Assembly (NCBI GenBank): GCA_002269645.1
Contig: NIVC01000736.1
Span: 62,001-126,000 of the forward strand
Source: Macrostomum lignano
Taxonomy: Eukaryota
Length of the DNA stretch: 64,000 nt
Reading direction: 5' to 3'
The position numbers and the translations under genes were made by a program. Shown here piece after piece: positions 33,993-47,282 of the stretch; position 1 is the first letter of the stretch, and every line of letters starts with the position of its first letter. Below the pieces are notes generated by a model, which was not told the origin of the DNA, did no database searches, and saw nothing but the letters and a program-made list of their open reading frames with translations.

Positions 33993-36105
33993 ATTACACC
34001 ATTTTACCCTCGATTTTGAACGGGGAGAACTTCGAGACTGACAAACTCCTCTTCAATATTGACACTCTATGGTCGGGCACTCAAAATCTACAATCAATAT
34101 CGACAGATCAAGCTTCAATTTTGACAAACTCTGGTTCAATTTTGACAATGCACGTTTAGTCAACTTCCCCTGGGAGAATTCGTTAACAAATTAATCCAAT
34201 GAAAGCCTGAACGGGGCTGAAGTGAGCTGTGCAAAATCAGCTTATTCTGACTTTGCTTTTTGGATCTACAAGTATTGATAAAATTTATTTTTCTCCATCG
34301 TTTACACACACAGACTAAAATCGCCTGACTGGTTGGGCTCCAAAGTCTGATTCTATTTTGACAGAGTTGCTTCAAAACTGACACTCTATGGTTTGTGTAC
34401 GCAAAAAGTCCGCTTCATTTTTGACAACTCCGAATCAATATCGAACAGTTTACAATCGATTTTGACTAAGACATTTTTTGAAATAGATTTTGACAATTTT
34501 TACTAAGATTTCTCTCTTGAGTAGGGGGGGGGGGATACTTGGCTATTTGGGAGAAGGGGTACTGGCTGCATGTATCTACGAGTACATGTATAGGAATCTT
34601 TCTATCCAGGTATGCTTGCTATCTGGGTGGATGTTTGCTACCTGGATGATGCTTGCTATCTGCAAGATGCTTGCTAGCTGGGTGGATGCTTGCCATCTGG
34701 GTAGATGCTTCTATCTGGGTGGATGCTTGCTATCTGGGTGGATGCTTGCTATCTGGGTGGATGCTTGCTATCTGGGTGGATGCTTGCTATCTGGGTGGAT
34801 GCTTGCTATCTGGGTGGATGCTTGCTATCTGGGTGGATGCTTGCTATCTGGGTGGATGCTTGCTATCTGGGTGGATGCTTGCTATCTGGGTGGATGCTTG
34901 CTATCTGGGTGGATGCTTGCTATCTGGGTGGATGCTTGCTATCTGGGTGGATGTTTGCTACCTGGATGATGCTTGCTATCTGCAAGATGCTTGCTATCTG
35001 GGTGGATGCTTGCTATCTGGGTGGATGCTTGCTATCTGGGTGGATGCTTGCTATCTGGGTGGATGTTTGCTACCTGGATGATGCTTGCTATCTGCAAGAT
35101 GCTTGCTATCTGGGTGGATGCTTGCTATCTGGGTGGATGCTTGCTATCTGGGTGGATGCTTGCTATCTGGGTGGATGTTTGCTACCTGGATGGATGCTTG
35201 CTATCTGGGTGGATGTTTGCTACCTGGATGATGCTTGCTATCTGCAAGATGCTTGCTATCTGGGTAGATGCTTCTATCTGGGTGGATGCTTGCTATCTGG
35301 GTGGATGCTTGCTATCTGGGTGGATGCTTGCTATCTGGGTGGATGCTTGCTATCTGGGTGGATGCTTGCTATCTGGGTGGATGTTTGCTACCTGGATGAT
35401 GCTTGCTATCTGCAAGATGCTTGCTATCTGGGTGGATGCTTGCTATCTGGGTGGATGCTTGCTATCTGGGTGGATGCTTGCTATCTGGGTGGATGCTTGC
35501 TATCTGGGTGGATGCTTGCTATCTGGGTGGATGCTTGCTGTCTTGGGATGTTAAATGACCGGCCTTTTGCTAGAGTCCCTTGAGAGAGCAGGGACTCTAG
35601 CAAGCATCCCTGGATAGAAAGATTCATCTTAGTCAAAATCGATTGTAAACTGTTCGATGTTGATTCGGAGTTGTCAAAAATGAAGCGGACTTTTTGCGTA
35701 CACAAACCATAGAGTTTCAGTTTTGAAGCAACTCTGTCAGGATGGAATCAGACTTTGGAGCCCAACCAGTCAAGCTATTTTAGTCTGTGTGTGTAAAGGA
35801 TAGAGAAAAATAAATTTTATCAATACTTGTAGATCCAAAAATCAAAGTCAGAATAAGCTGATTTTGCACAGCTCACTTCAGCCCCGTTCGGGCTTTCATT
35901 GGATTAATTTGTTAACGAATTCTCCCAGGAGAAGTTGACTAGACGTGCATTGTCAAAATTGAACCAGAGTTTGTCAAAATTGAGGCTTGATCTGTCGATA
36001 TTGATGGTGGATTTTGAGTGCCCGACCATAGAGTGTCAGTATTGAGGAGGAGTTTGTCGGTTTCGAGGTTCTCCTTGTTCGGAGTCGAGGGTAAAATGGT
36101 GTAAT
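33993..36105. mobile_element. Long-TIR foldback DNA element: 479-bp arms (33993-34471, 35627-36105) around a satellite core
   Basis: Arms align without gaps, 26 mismatches; TA flanks CACC...GGTG (Tc1/mariner-like, inferred). An inner 26-bp inverted repeat (34594-34619 / 35600-35625) brackets the satellite. Confidence 0.85.
34610..35540. repeat. 19-bp minisatellite (GGATGCTTGCTATCTGGGT) inside the foldback element
   Basis: Tandem repeat; explains ORFs 34490-35583. Confidence 0.95.
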
Positions 36106-36647
36106 CATGTCATTCTAGCCTCTACCTCATCTATTTATTTTACTTCATTATGTTCTCAATCATACTACTTGTATTGCCTTTATCAGTAGCAATCATAGTT
36201 TGTTGCTGCTCTGAATTATTTAAACTTGTAAAAAGACAAAATAAAGAAGCTTCCAGCAGGCCATGAAAAGCTTTGCTTGATTTTAAACAGTTTTTACAAT
36301 CGCCTTGAGAAAGTAAACTAAATTGAAAGTTCTAAGAGCTCCTATACTAATAATTTGTATGTAATTATTGCAACCCAAGAAGGCCTTAAAACCAGATCGG
36401 GGGAGGTGGGTGCGCGCGGGGCAGAGAGACGGAGAGGGAGGGGCGCGACCGAGGGAGAGAAAGTACATATGGCACACAAAGTGGACAGAGCCAGGGAGAG
36501 AGCGCAAACGGGGCAGTGCCCGAGCGGTCATTAACCACCGTACGAGGGCAAACGTCGCCCCGAAAGGGGCACTGCTTACAGGTAACAAAACCAAACGTAA
36601 CCAATTACACATGCATACATGTAGACGATTCACGGAGGAAACGTTAC

Positions 36648-36965
36648 TTGTATTGTATTGAGTGCTTTGTATTGAGTCATTGAGCCGCAATGCAAATTAC
36701 AGTCGCAAGAAAGGAGCCTGTTGACATTAATTTCCAAGTTGATCTTGGGCATATAAGCTGTCCAGTTTCATTTGCATGATGTGACAGTTCCTGAGACAAT
36801 TAGACAACTCAGCTAATGATGGCACCCATTTTACAGCTGGGTGAACTGGAGAAAATGTAGAGTTAAGTGTCTTACTAAGGACACAAATTGTTCCGAGTGG
36901 CTCGGGATTCGAACTTCCGACCTTTCAGTCGTGAGTCCGACAACTAACCACTAGGCTACAACCAG
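36648..36965 (-). mobile_element. tRNA-derived SINE with a CORE/Meta-like central domain
   Basis: Minus strand: A box TAGCCTAGTGG, B box GTTCGAATCCC, then GTGTCCTTAGTAAGACACTTAAC...CCCAGCTGTAAAATGGGTGCC and an (AATAC)n tail. The cloverleaf is broken, so it is not a tRNA gene. Confidence 0.75.
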
Positions 36966-37483
36966 CCCCATGGCAGTTGGGAATAATGTAGATATAAATA
37001 GCTCGTACACTAGACAATTGAGCTAGAGAAAAAATGTCCAAAAAGTGCACATCGACAAATCCATACCCATCGCTCGTAAAGTGACGGACGTTTCAATTCA
37101 AAAGACTGTCGCCAGGCCCATGAGCTCGCACACGAATTAACGGGAATTTCGGTGCTCTGGGCTGTTCAATGGATAGCGGGCATCGGGATGCATTGCTAAC
37201 CGAATTACTGACCAGGTATTAAGCAGAGTTTCTACTGTAGTTTTTCACAATGCGCGCAGAAGGCAACGCGGGAAGGCAACTGCGGCGACTCACGGGCCGC
37301 CCGCATCGCCCACGCCGCTTCCCGCAGGCGATTTCTGCTGCTGATCGCCCAGCCCCATCTGCGCCCATCTCCCCTGAGCCCCACCTTGCTGTGCACGCGG
37401 CCTGCAAGCATCTCTGCATGCGGAGAGACCAGCAGGTGAGTTGATGAGGCAGCGCAACGGCTTCCCTTCCAATACACCGCAGT

Positions 37484-38217
37484 GTGCCACATCATCGATG
37501 GACTCGCTGCTGCAGAGAGCTCGCAGCCCCGCTGCTGTGCCGCATTCGCCAATGCCAGAGCCGCCAAGTTCCTCACCTTGAGCAGGAAGCTCATATGCTG
37601 GGTGTGGGCTCGAAGCTGAGGGCCGCCTGGGTGATGAGCGACGATGCGGACGCCAGCAGGAGCAACTTGGTGTGCGGCCAGACGCAGCAGTGGATGTCGG
37701 AGAATGTGGAGTGGAGCAGCGAGGGAGCCAAGCTCGACGGAGTGTCGTCCAAGATGTGGCTGGAGAACGTGGAGCTCGCGAACTACCAGCAGGCTCTCAT
37801 GTGGCTCTTCAGGCTCAAGCGGGAGATCAAGAATGTAGCAATTCTGGAGAGCTACGACTGCACCACCAAGAACTTTGGAGCCGTCTTCTGGGACGACGAA
37901 CCAGCTTCAATCAGCCTGTACTTCAAACCGCACCGGAAACGAACTCGTTTGACCCGAACTCGTTCGTGGAAGTCGGCCTGACGTCGGCGTCTCGCTCGAG
38001 CCGAACATTTTTCTCCAACGGAGGCTTCGTGCCGCCAGGGCAGGTGAATGTGGGAGGCCCGTATCTTGAATCGAGCATTCCCAGCTGCAACTGCCTAAGA
38101 CTGGGATTTCGACATGGCGACTCGCGAATGCTGAACGGCACAGTGCAGGTGGTGGCCGTCATGAACGACTCGATGACCGAGGCTGAGATCCGCAGCTTCT
38201 TCGATCTGGTGCGCTGA
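37484..38217 (+). CDS. Concanavalin A-like/LamG (pentraxin-like) domain protein; one frameshift near 37940; 5' end unresolved
   Basis: KLDGVSSKMWLENV...MWLFRLK...SISLYF in one frame joins LRLGFRHGDSRMLNGTVQVVAVMNDSMTEAEIRSFF* in the next, a LamG-type C-terminal pattern. TATAAATA near 36993. Confidence 0.55.
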
Positions 38218-38544
38218 ACTGCTGGTGAAAACTGGATGAACTGACTGTAAACTGTGAAGGCTATGGATAAATCCTAGTCTAATCCCAGTTATAACCCCAA
38301 TTTTTTATCCCAATAGCTTTAATCCCAGTTGCTTTTATCCCAGTTGCTTTAATCCCACTCGTCCTAACTGCAATTAGTCAGTCAGTAAGCTCAAAAGGCT
38401 ACTTTCCTTAGTGGAACCAAATGCAAATTTGGTTAATTTTATTGACCTGGCAGCCACGAAAATAGACTTCTTTTAGGTTTTACCGCGCTGCAGTTGTCAA
38501 AAACGCGTCCTTAAATAATTTATCGAAGAAGCAGCTTCAGTCAA

Positions 38545-38800
38545 GTCAGAGTGAGTGTAATCAGAGTGAGTGTAATCAGAGTGAGTGTAATCAGAGTGAG
38601 TGTAATCAGAGTGAGTGTAATCAGAGTAAGTGTAATCAGAGTGTGTGTAATCAGAGTGAGTGTAATCAGAGTGAGTGTAATCAGAGTGAGTGTACTCAGA
38701 GTGTGTGTAATCAGAGTGAGTGTAATCAGAGTGAGTGTAATCAGAGTGAGTGTAATCAGAGTGAGTGTAATCAAAGTGAGTGTACTCAGAGTGAGTGTAC
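38545..38800. repeat. 15-bp minisatellite (CAGAGTGAGTGTAAT), ~17 copies
   Basis: Tandem repeat read directly. Confidence 0.93.
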
Positions 38801-38952
38801 ACAATGATCAGCATAAAAATATTCTCAGTTCACCCTGAGCTAGCGAGGGCAGTGGCTTGGCCACAGTCTTCCCAGTGTGATAGTGTGACCGCACCGGGGA
38901 GTCGAACTCCGGAGCCGTGGCTGAAATTCAATTCAAGCTTAGTTTCCTGCAG

Positions 38953-39087
38953 GATTCCCCCATAACCCTCTTGTCATCCCAACAACGCCTTCCCAGGAAT
39001 TCCCCCATAACCCTCTTGTCATTCCAACAACGCCTTCCCAAGAATTTCACCATAACCCGCTTGTCATTCCAACAACGCCTTCCCAGG
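38953..39087 (+). repeat. Three tandem ~45-bp copies of the DOK7 intron-5 3' splice-site region
   Basis: CCCATAACCCTCTTGTCATCCCAACAACGCCTTCCCAG versus 32472-32510 CCCCATAATCCTCTTGTCATCCCAACAACGCCTTCCTAG. Confidence 0.8.
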
Positions 39088-40231
39088 AGGCGCTTGGATT
39101 TCTGCCTCGGTCCACTTTTTATTCTTTTGCGCAACCTTGTAATGTACCTGCGACTTTTGGAGAAAGTTTAGTAGGACTTGCCCTCCGACGATAGGAAAAC
39201 AGGAGCTAATAGTTTTAAATCTCTGAATCGTTTGTTCAAGGCCTATCCTATTTGCCGTATCGCAATACTGTATATTGATTCAATTACAGTACAGACTGAG
39301 CCAATACAGCAAACTGTTGTGTCCGTCCCGAGTGGCTTGATATCCACTATACTAAAAATTGTCTGTCTGTGTGTGTCAGTGTGTGAAATTGAGAAGCGAA
39401 CAATAATGAACATGCACATTTTAGCTTAAAATCAATTGAAGCTGTCAAAGATGGCAATAAGGCTTGATTGTGCATCTGAGCTCCTCACCATCTGAGTCCT
39501 GCTGCCAGCCAGCCTATACATGAAAGAGTACGCAAAACTTAGGGTTTCAGCCATAGACAATACTGCCAGACGAACCCCGGCCACTTTAGGCGCACTGCAA
39601 ATTTGGGGTTTGTACCATAAACTAAAAAAGCAAGACTGGCTGTCATATGGGGTTTGGCCCATAGACAACTACTGTACCGATAGAGTTGGTAAAAAGTGGA
39701 GCCAAAAGTGGAAGTAAACGCTAGAATTTTAAGAAAGAACCTCCATTTAAGACGAAATGCCCGCAAAATTGCAGGAAAAACACAGGCCTTCCGGGGCCCG
39801 AGACCACACTCTCTATTCTGTATCTAACCGCAATATCTATAAGCAGCTGACTGTCATTTTTTGCCGCGAAAAAATGCACGCAAAAATACATGTACACACA
39901 AGGCATATTAAAGGACAACAACCAGTAAGTTACAGTGATTTGTTGTTTTCGGATAGCACACGTACGTTTTCTGGGTCTCTACAACTGCAGACTGAGATCG
40001 AGCCAATCGCGGAAAATGCGTTAAACAACACGGAGAGCGCGGCTACAGTTTTCATGTACTTTTTAGTTTTTCGCCGTTTATCGTGGTTATCCTTGATGTT
40101 TTGCAATTTCTGAAGCAGTTCAGTTTATATATAATATACAAATCAATATATGGTATTATATATTTTTTGTGCGTTATTAACAACACATCATATTATAATT
40201 TTCAATTAACACAATTAGTTTAATATTTCAG

Positions 40232-40309
40232 CTTTAAACCAAGTGAAAAAACTGGCTCAGCTTGAGAAGGAGCAGCTCGGAAAAGCTCTGAAGAGACGGA
40301 ACCAGCGAG
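40232..40309 (+). CDS. Isolated candidate coding exon (LNQVKKLAQLEKEQLGKALKRRNQR), possibly an upstream SMARCC exon
   Basis: tttcag| acceptor, gag|gtacat donor, 78 nt, phase 1-1, helix-like open frame in AT-rich DNA. Confidence 0.4.
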
Positions 40310-41594
40310 GTACATGTAGGCAACGGTAGGCGAAAATGTGAAAGTTTTGTTTTGTTCGAAGTTTTCTGCTTAGGTTGTATTTTTCGGTGCTCCTGCAGTT
40401 GCCGCACTATATAGACATTTGTTGATGGGCAACTAATTTTTTAAACATGTATATGTGCTAGTTTTCCCAGCCTATAGTGTTCGAATGGACACCGTCAAGT
40501 ACATTTACAGAAATTGATCACAATATTGTGTTTTTATAAGATGCGCGTATGAAAAAAAATTAACTAAAATATTTATTTTAGTTGTAAAATTAAAAACTTT
40601 TTTATTTATTAACTCAAAATATACTTGCTGGAACTAAAAAGATTTTAATAATAATCTTTAATTTTATAGTTTGTTTAACTGCGTAAATATGTATTGCTAA
40701 AATTTAACATGACAAAAAGGCAAAATTGTGAAGACTATATTCATTCATTCATCATATAACAAGCGACTAAATAAATTTGTCATGATTTTGTCCTTTCTGA
40801 CTGGGTCCTACCTTTTTTAAGGTTTTGAAAATTAAAATTTCTCCTATACGACTATGTCTATTCATATATATAAGGCATAAGCTAAGAGTCAAGAATAATA
40901 AATAATAATATCCTACTAAGCCTAAGTCAGAGCTCTTAAACTTTGTCTGACTCAGAATATTCCAACTATTATTCTGATTCATAATGCAATTGAATTAAAA
41001 GTTGGAACAATGGTTGGAATTCCAACTCTTATTCCAATTAATCATTAAAGGCAATTGTTATTTTGGACAAATAGCAACATTGTTATTTGTCTGGTCACCA
41101 GACTAATAGCCATTTTGTTATTTGTCTGGTTAAATTGCTACATACAAATGTTCTACTTTAATTTAAAGTTTAAAGTATTTCTTAACTAATTAATATTCTG
41201 GATTTTTAGGAGCTATTTTTTCCTATCTTAATTAATATATTGTTATACTTAGTTAATACACCTAGGATTATTGGGTATATGTATATACAATTAACTTGCT
41301 TAAAAACTTTATTTCCATATTGAATGCATGATTATTGAAACTTCTCATTAAGTTCAGTTTGATTTTCATACCTTCTCATGCCTTATTATCTTCCCTTTGT
41401 TTTGCCTCATAAAAGGGTGTGCAATATTAAAGGGTACAAGCTATATAAGACAAGAAGCAATCAGACTAAGTGTGATTAGACATACACTAGTATAACAATA
41501 TATTAATCAAGATGCAAGTTAGAAACCTTTGAAATCTAAGAAAGATTTATTAAAATATATATAAGTAATAATATCTATTTAACACGTGAATAAC

Positions 41595-42575
41595 TCACGC
41601 CGCATGTTATTCCGTATGTTATTCCACACAGTACTCCGCATGTTATTCCGTACGTTATTCCGCACGTTATTCTGCACATTTTATTCCACACCTTATTTAG
41701 CACATCATTCCGCACGTTATTCCGCATATTATTCGCATGTTATTAGGCATTTTTCCACGATGTTCTGTATAAAATTTACAAGTAATTTTTCCATTTTTGA
41801 TACATTTTAAATGTAAAACAAAAGCCTACATATACATAAACTTGTCGTAATAATTTTCCTGGATTACGAGTACAATGGCATTCGTAAAATTATAATTGAC
41901 TGCAACAATAGAGTACTGCTGTAGTTTGCAGAGTTGTAAGTTGAGTTACAGAGTTGTATGCACAGAGCCGAGGTCGTGAAGAGGTTGAGAAAAGAAGAGA
42001 AGAGTGACTACTTATCAACCATATATAATTAATGAAAGAATCACATCATGCATGTACAAGGTCACTACAGGATGCAAAAAATGTGTTCTTTGATACTAAA
42101 AGAAGTTTACGCTTTAATAAATATTATAAGTCCTAACACCAAATAAAAAACTAATGTACGTGTAGTAAGTAAACCATATTATTGCATTTAGCTAATGGCG
42201 CATTATTTTTACAATTGTATTTTATGCAGATCGTCATACTTATTAAAACTATCTATATCTTCACGTTTTTGACATGGAAATCATGTATTGGACGCGTAAG
42301 TTAGACTAGAGCTAGCTTGGTAGGAAATATGTTAAAAAAGTAGATGTGCGGACTAATGTGCGGAATAAAGTACGGAATAACGTAGAATAAAATTCAGAAT
42401 AGCGTGCGGAATAATATTTGGAATAATGTGCGGAATAACATGCGAATAAAATGCGGAATAACGTGCGGAATAACATGCGTAATAACATGTGGAATACCAT
42501 GCGGAACATGCGGAAAGTGCGGAATAACGTGTGGAATAACATGCGGAATAACATGCATAATAACATGCGGTATAT
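41595..42575. mobile_element. Degenerate foldback element with inverted TTATTCCGCA / TGCGGAATAA subrepeat arrays
   Basis: Arrays at ~41600-41760 and ~42350-42570 are reverse complements; explains the MLFR ORFs. Confidence 0.6.
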
Positions 42576-44374
42576 GTTACACTCATTATTTAACTGGACA
42601 AATAACAGTTGCCATTACTAAATGATTATAGAGTCTAAACTAAGTATCATTCCGACTCTTATTCTAACTAATAATTGGCCAATCCTATGATTCAATCTCG
42701 GGATTAGAAAAATACAGATTTTAAAGCTTTTAGGTTGAAATTTTAAGGCCAAATATGTGCTTAATGTATTTTTGCTTCTAATTTGATTGTTATAGAAATA
42801 ATGATCCTTTTGTAGATGAAAAACAGCATTATATTGTGACATAATTAGTAAGTAGTATGAAAGTACTAAATAGTAGTAATGAAGCTACTCATATATCAAT
42901 ATTTACATTGGAATAAATTTCACATTTAAATTTGTAATTCAAGGTTTAAAAAGGTGCCATAGGACATAAGAAACTTTAACAGAAATTAGTGCAGTATAAT
43001 AAACTAGTTGTAGGCCTAATTATATTTATATTACAACACTTTATAAAAATAAAAACAAAAATTTCGAATTACAATTAAATTACATTTTTTCTTAGAATAA
43101 GTGATCTTATATATATTACTATACTATTAATTGTGTTATATATATATTTATACAAAGTTTTAAATTATTATAAAATATAAACCCTATATATAACATGTCA
43201 CTCATGATATACAACTTCTATTCAAATAAGTAAATTATATGTTTGTTTTCATTCATTTAAGTCCATATTATCCATTCCCATAGATTGCAAAACTAGGACT
43301 TGCATCCCATTTCTTTGCCAAAAAAGTTGTCTGGTCTGCTAGTAGACAAAATGACACAGACACAGAAACAGACCAAATCACAGCATACCTGGATCATGAG
43401 AAGCATATTCTAATATTAAAATTATTTAGGCCTAGGTAATTCAATGCTAATATTAATATAAAAAATGTAATGACAAAATTAATTTTTTTCAATGTTAAGT
43501 TAAGCTTTTATTTTTTTTCTATTTTTTTTTTGTTTATTATAAAAATGGATAAATAAATGTCCAATTAGTATTTTACTAAAATTGTAAAATATAGATATAT
43601 ATCTATTATCTATACTAAAATGTTTTTCTCTATCTGTGTATATCTATATGATTAATTAAAAAAAATAATAGCTAAATCAATTTCTTATCATAGTATTTAT
43701 ATTGTGACTAAGAAATTTCTCAATGCTAAATAGATTAAATATAAAAACATGCTTTTTTGCTAATGTCAAGCAGACATTTCAATTGAAATGCATTAAAAAT
43801 GCTAAAAACCTAACTGACTAACATGTGATTCTAATGTCATTATACCCCATGGTAACTATAATTTCAAAGATCACAAAAGCATCATATTAAATGTAAAATT
43901 AAAAAAGTATTATGTTATGCAAAAAGTATCATATCAAGTACGAAAGAAGCATTATGTAAAATATATAAAAAACAATATCAAATATGATTCCTTTAAGAAT
44001 TGCTAAGCTATTGAGGTTGGCAGGTTACTATAATGCTAACACTTACCTTTGGAGAAAATTGTTAAGAAGTCAAGGTTTTTGAAGTACTTATTAATATGTC
44101 AAGGATTATGGCAGGAATTGCTAAGATGTCCAACTTAAAAGAAATTTCTGAAATGTCAGATTTATAGAAAAATTGTTACTTAAGATATCAATAAAGTATT
44201 TGTTAGCCTACATAGAATGTGTCTTGGATTTTGTAAAAAGTTCTATCTTGACTGTTTTATTGCTTAATAAATGAACTATAGCTTGATTAATCATGATCCT
44301 AGTTATAACTACAAAAAAAGATTAGGTAACATTTTATAGTTTTTGTATCTTACTAAATATAAGGATTCATACAT

Positions 44375-44530
44375 GTGCAACCTTGGGATTCACTTAGCCA
44401 TTTCTATTGGCAACACATACATGTAAGTCGCTATTGGCTAAGAGCAATCACGTGACTACTATTCCATCCAATAGCAACTTACATGTGTGTGTTGCTAATA
44501 GAAATGGCCGGGTGAATCCCAAGGTTGCAC
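44375..44530. mobile_element. 156-bp MITE with ~63-bp imperfect TIRs
   Basis: GTGCAACCTTGGGATTCAC... / ...GTGAATCCCAAGGTTGCAC; 6 mismatches; no TSD found. Confidence 0.7.
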
Positions 44531-45178
44531 CCAAGCCAGGACTACAAAAGTTTCTAGACTATTGTTTGCCCTAAGTACAAATTGTCTGATTTGGCTAAAT
44601 CTATTTATAGCCAGTTTAGCCATAGACAAAATATGTCTTTGAGGTCTGTGTGGACAAGTCTAGCATAGCCTATATAAGAGATAAAGCAAGGTTAAGTATT
44701 AAGAAACTGTTAATACAATTTGAAATTTAGAAAAAAGTGACAAATTGAGTTATCCAAAATATTTTGGAGTTTGGATCTAAGAGAAGTCAGTGCTATTTTA
44801 TCATAGCATGCCAATGATAGAGTGAAATAGCAATGCAGAGCTTTGATTAGGTGCACCTACATAAGGATAAAATAAAAAAATGTGATCTAGAGTCAATAAA
44901 TTTGCTGTTCATGCATAGATATTTCTTTAAAAAAACAGCAATTTAAAAATAGCTCTTTTAGTTTATGTGTTATCTAGAGATTTCCATTTCTCTAAGTGTT
45001 TCCTTCTTGTAGAACCACCTATATGTATATAAAAATTCACAATGGGATAATAAATATGCTAGAAAATTCCGGCATATAACTATAGAGGCCATATTCTAGA
45101 TTATAGTATATGTAAAAACAAGGCCTAGTTATAAAAATATATAAGGTTGGATAGATTTGCATTTACTTTTTTAATATA

Positions 45179-46617
45179 CAAGGGGTGTCCCAAAAGTTCC
45201 TAGAATGTCTAACATAGCTCTTCAATGAAGCCATGAAATTTCACGCCCATGGTGTCAAATGAAAAAAAATTTTTGTCACAAAAAAAGTTAAAATCATGTT
45301 GATATCTTTTTTTATTCAGGAACTGCAGCAAGAAACATGAGCAAAGTTCAGGGGTAGTTACACAATCTCAAAAATCTATGGCAATGATTTTAAACAATAA
45401 AGCACAGAACAGTTCATACCATTGATGAATCCTTGGGGCATGCACCAATTCAAAATTCAAAGCAAATTGTCAAGCTCAACCTGCGGCTTCTCCACATAGT
45501 CCCCATTCAGCTGGACACATCTCTGCCACCTTGCAAGCATGCCGTCAATGGCCTGGGCAACAACAGTTTTGATCCATTGATGGGATGTCTCGCCACACAA
45601 TGTGCAAGGATGGCCAGAGTGTGGCTGATCATTCACAGCAGACTGGCCATCTCTAAAGTGTTCAATCCATCCATAAATGGCAGTTTTTTTCAGGCTGTTC
45701 TCACTGTGGATAGAGAATAAGTGGTTAGAAATCTTGGCTTCACTCCATCCTACTGACCAAGGGGCAAAAACTTGACTTTGTTGACTTTCAAGGCTCTAAA
45801 GAAAACTCATTTTTGCAAAAAATTTCAAGTTGAAAGCAAGCACTTGGTATGAATTATCTGCACTTATGCAAAAGCTCAGATTGGAGGAATATAGCATGCT
45901 GACAAGTATGTCAATGGCTGAAACACGAGTGCAGGTAGCGCACCAGGGTTTTTGCCATAGACACACAAGTTTAAGTGCTTGATTTGCATTCTTATTTGAT
46001 CCAACATGTGTGGCTAAAGTAGACAAGGGTAGAGCTGGGGGTGTGGAGTTAGACTTGAACCATAGACAAAATATACTCGAGCTAGTCTAAACATTCTTGC
46101 ACAATGGAAAGAAGATTATGCTTGTAGTCTATGGCTGTTATGCTAAATATAAAAACATTGCACATTACATTCTTGCACAATTGACATTCCTGCATGGAGT
46201 GCACATGTAAATTCAAGGTGCTTTTACCATAGACACTTGCATTTCTGCATACTATGGCAACTTCCAAAGCATTCTTGCATGCTGGATAAAATAAGAATAG
46301 CTTTATGAGCATTTCTGCTTTTTTCCATAGACACTACCACATCTTTCTGACACATCAATAGAACGAATTCAAAATGAAAATATCCAGAAATGAAGATGAA
46401 ATATTATTTTCATTGATATGTCAGGTTGTGTAACACTACCACTGACCTTTGCACACATTTCTTGCTGCAGCTCCTGAATAAAAAAGATATCAACATGATT
46501 TTCACTTTGTTTTCTTTGTGACAAAATTTCCTTTCATTTGACACCATGGGCATGAAATTTTATGGCTCCATTAAAGAGCTACATTAGACATTCCGGGAAC
46601 TTTTGGTACACCCCTCG
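45179..46617 (-). mobile_element. Internally deleted mariner element with ~160-bp TIRs and TA TSD
   Basis: TA|CAAGGGGTGTCCC...CACCCCTCG|TA. Minus-strand remnant AIYGWIEHFRDGQSAVNDQPHSGHP (HTH) is fused to GMLARWQRCVQLNGDYVEK (C-terminus). Confidence 0.85.
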
Positions 46618-47282
46618 TATATGCACAATATCTAACCAATCTAGATAGGTAATAAAGTGACTAAATGCTACAAAACCAATTAACCAAGTACCAAAAGTTA
46701 TATCATATTATTTGTCACCTTACTAAAATATTTTAGTCAATAATTCTATTGTTTGTTACATTAAATTTTCATTGAATTCAATTAAATTGAAGGGTTAAAG
46801 TTTTAAATATCAATATTTAGTTTTATAATACTATTGAGTATTATATTAGCAAATTAAGTAAAAGTAAATTAAAAAACTTGCTTCTGGCAAAACTTAGTCT
46901 GATCACAAATTAGAAGAATTTTTTTCAACAAAATAGGAAAATAGATCTGAATATACTTTATTTATCAAAGCAAAGCAAAATATTATATTCATATATACTG
47001 TTTATTGAATTAGTGCTGCTAAATATTTTATAATTAATCATAATTCATCATTTTAGCTGATAATATAATAAATTTGTGTTGTTCATGTGAATATATTAAT
47101 TATATTCACATGAGGTTGTTTTGTTTAAGTAGTGTTGTGTTGGCCTTGTTGAAAATGTTATTGTACAAAAGCAAAGTAAAGTGGAAACAACATGCAGCTT
47201 ACTTGACTCCAATTTCTTCTCCAATGGTCAGTTGATAAACCATAAAGTCCGCTTTCCAGCTCGCCGCTGTCCCAGTCACGCC

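Noticed and set aside
34490-35705. Cys/Trp-rich ORFs up to 292 aa
   Set aside because: Entirely the 19-bp satellite.
36880-36965. Possible tRNA gene
   Set aside because: A and B boxes are present but the acceptor and anticodon stems do not pair, and it continues into a SINE body and tail.
43284-43435. Exon-like open frame IAKLGLASHFF...LKLFRP between AG and GT
   Set aside because: Phase does not join the neighbouring candidate exons and the peptide is unrecognisable.
44030-44160. Faint integrase zinc-finger-like trace (YVKDYGRNC); similar trace near 57400-57500
   Set aside because: Too short and degraded, with stops, to call.
44375-44530. A-to-G bias between the MITE arms (4 of 6 mismatches)
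   Set aside because: Too few sites to distinguish from chance.
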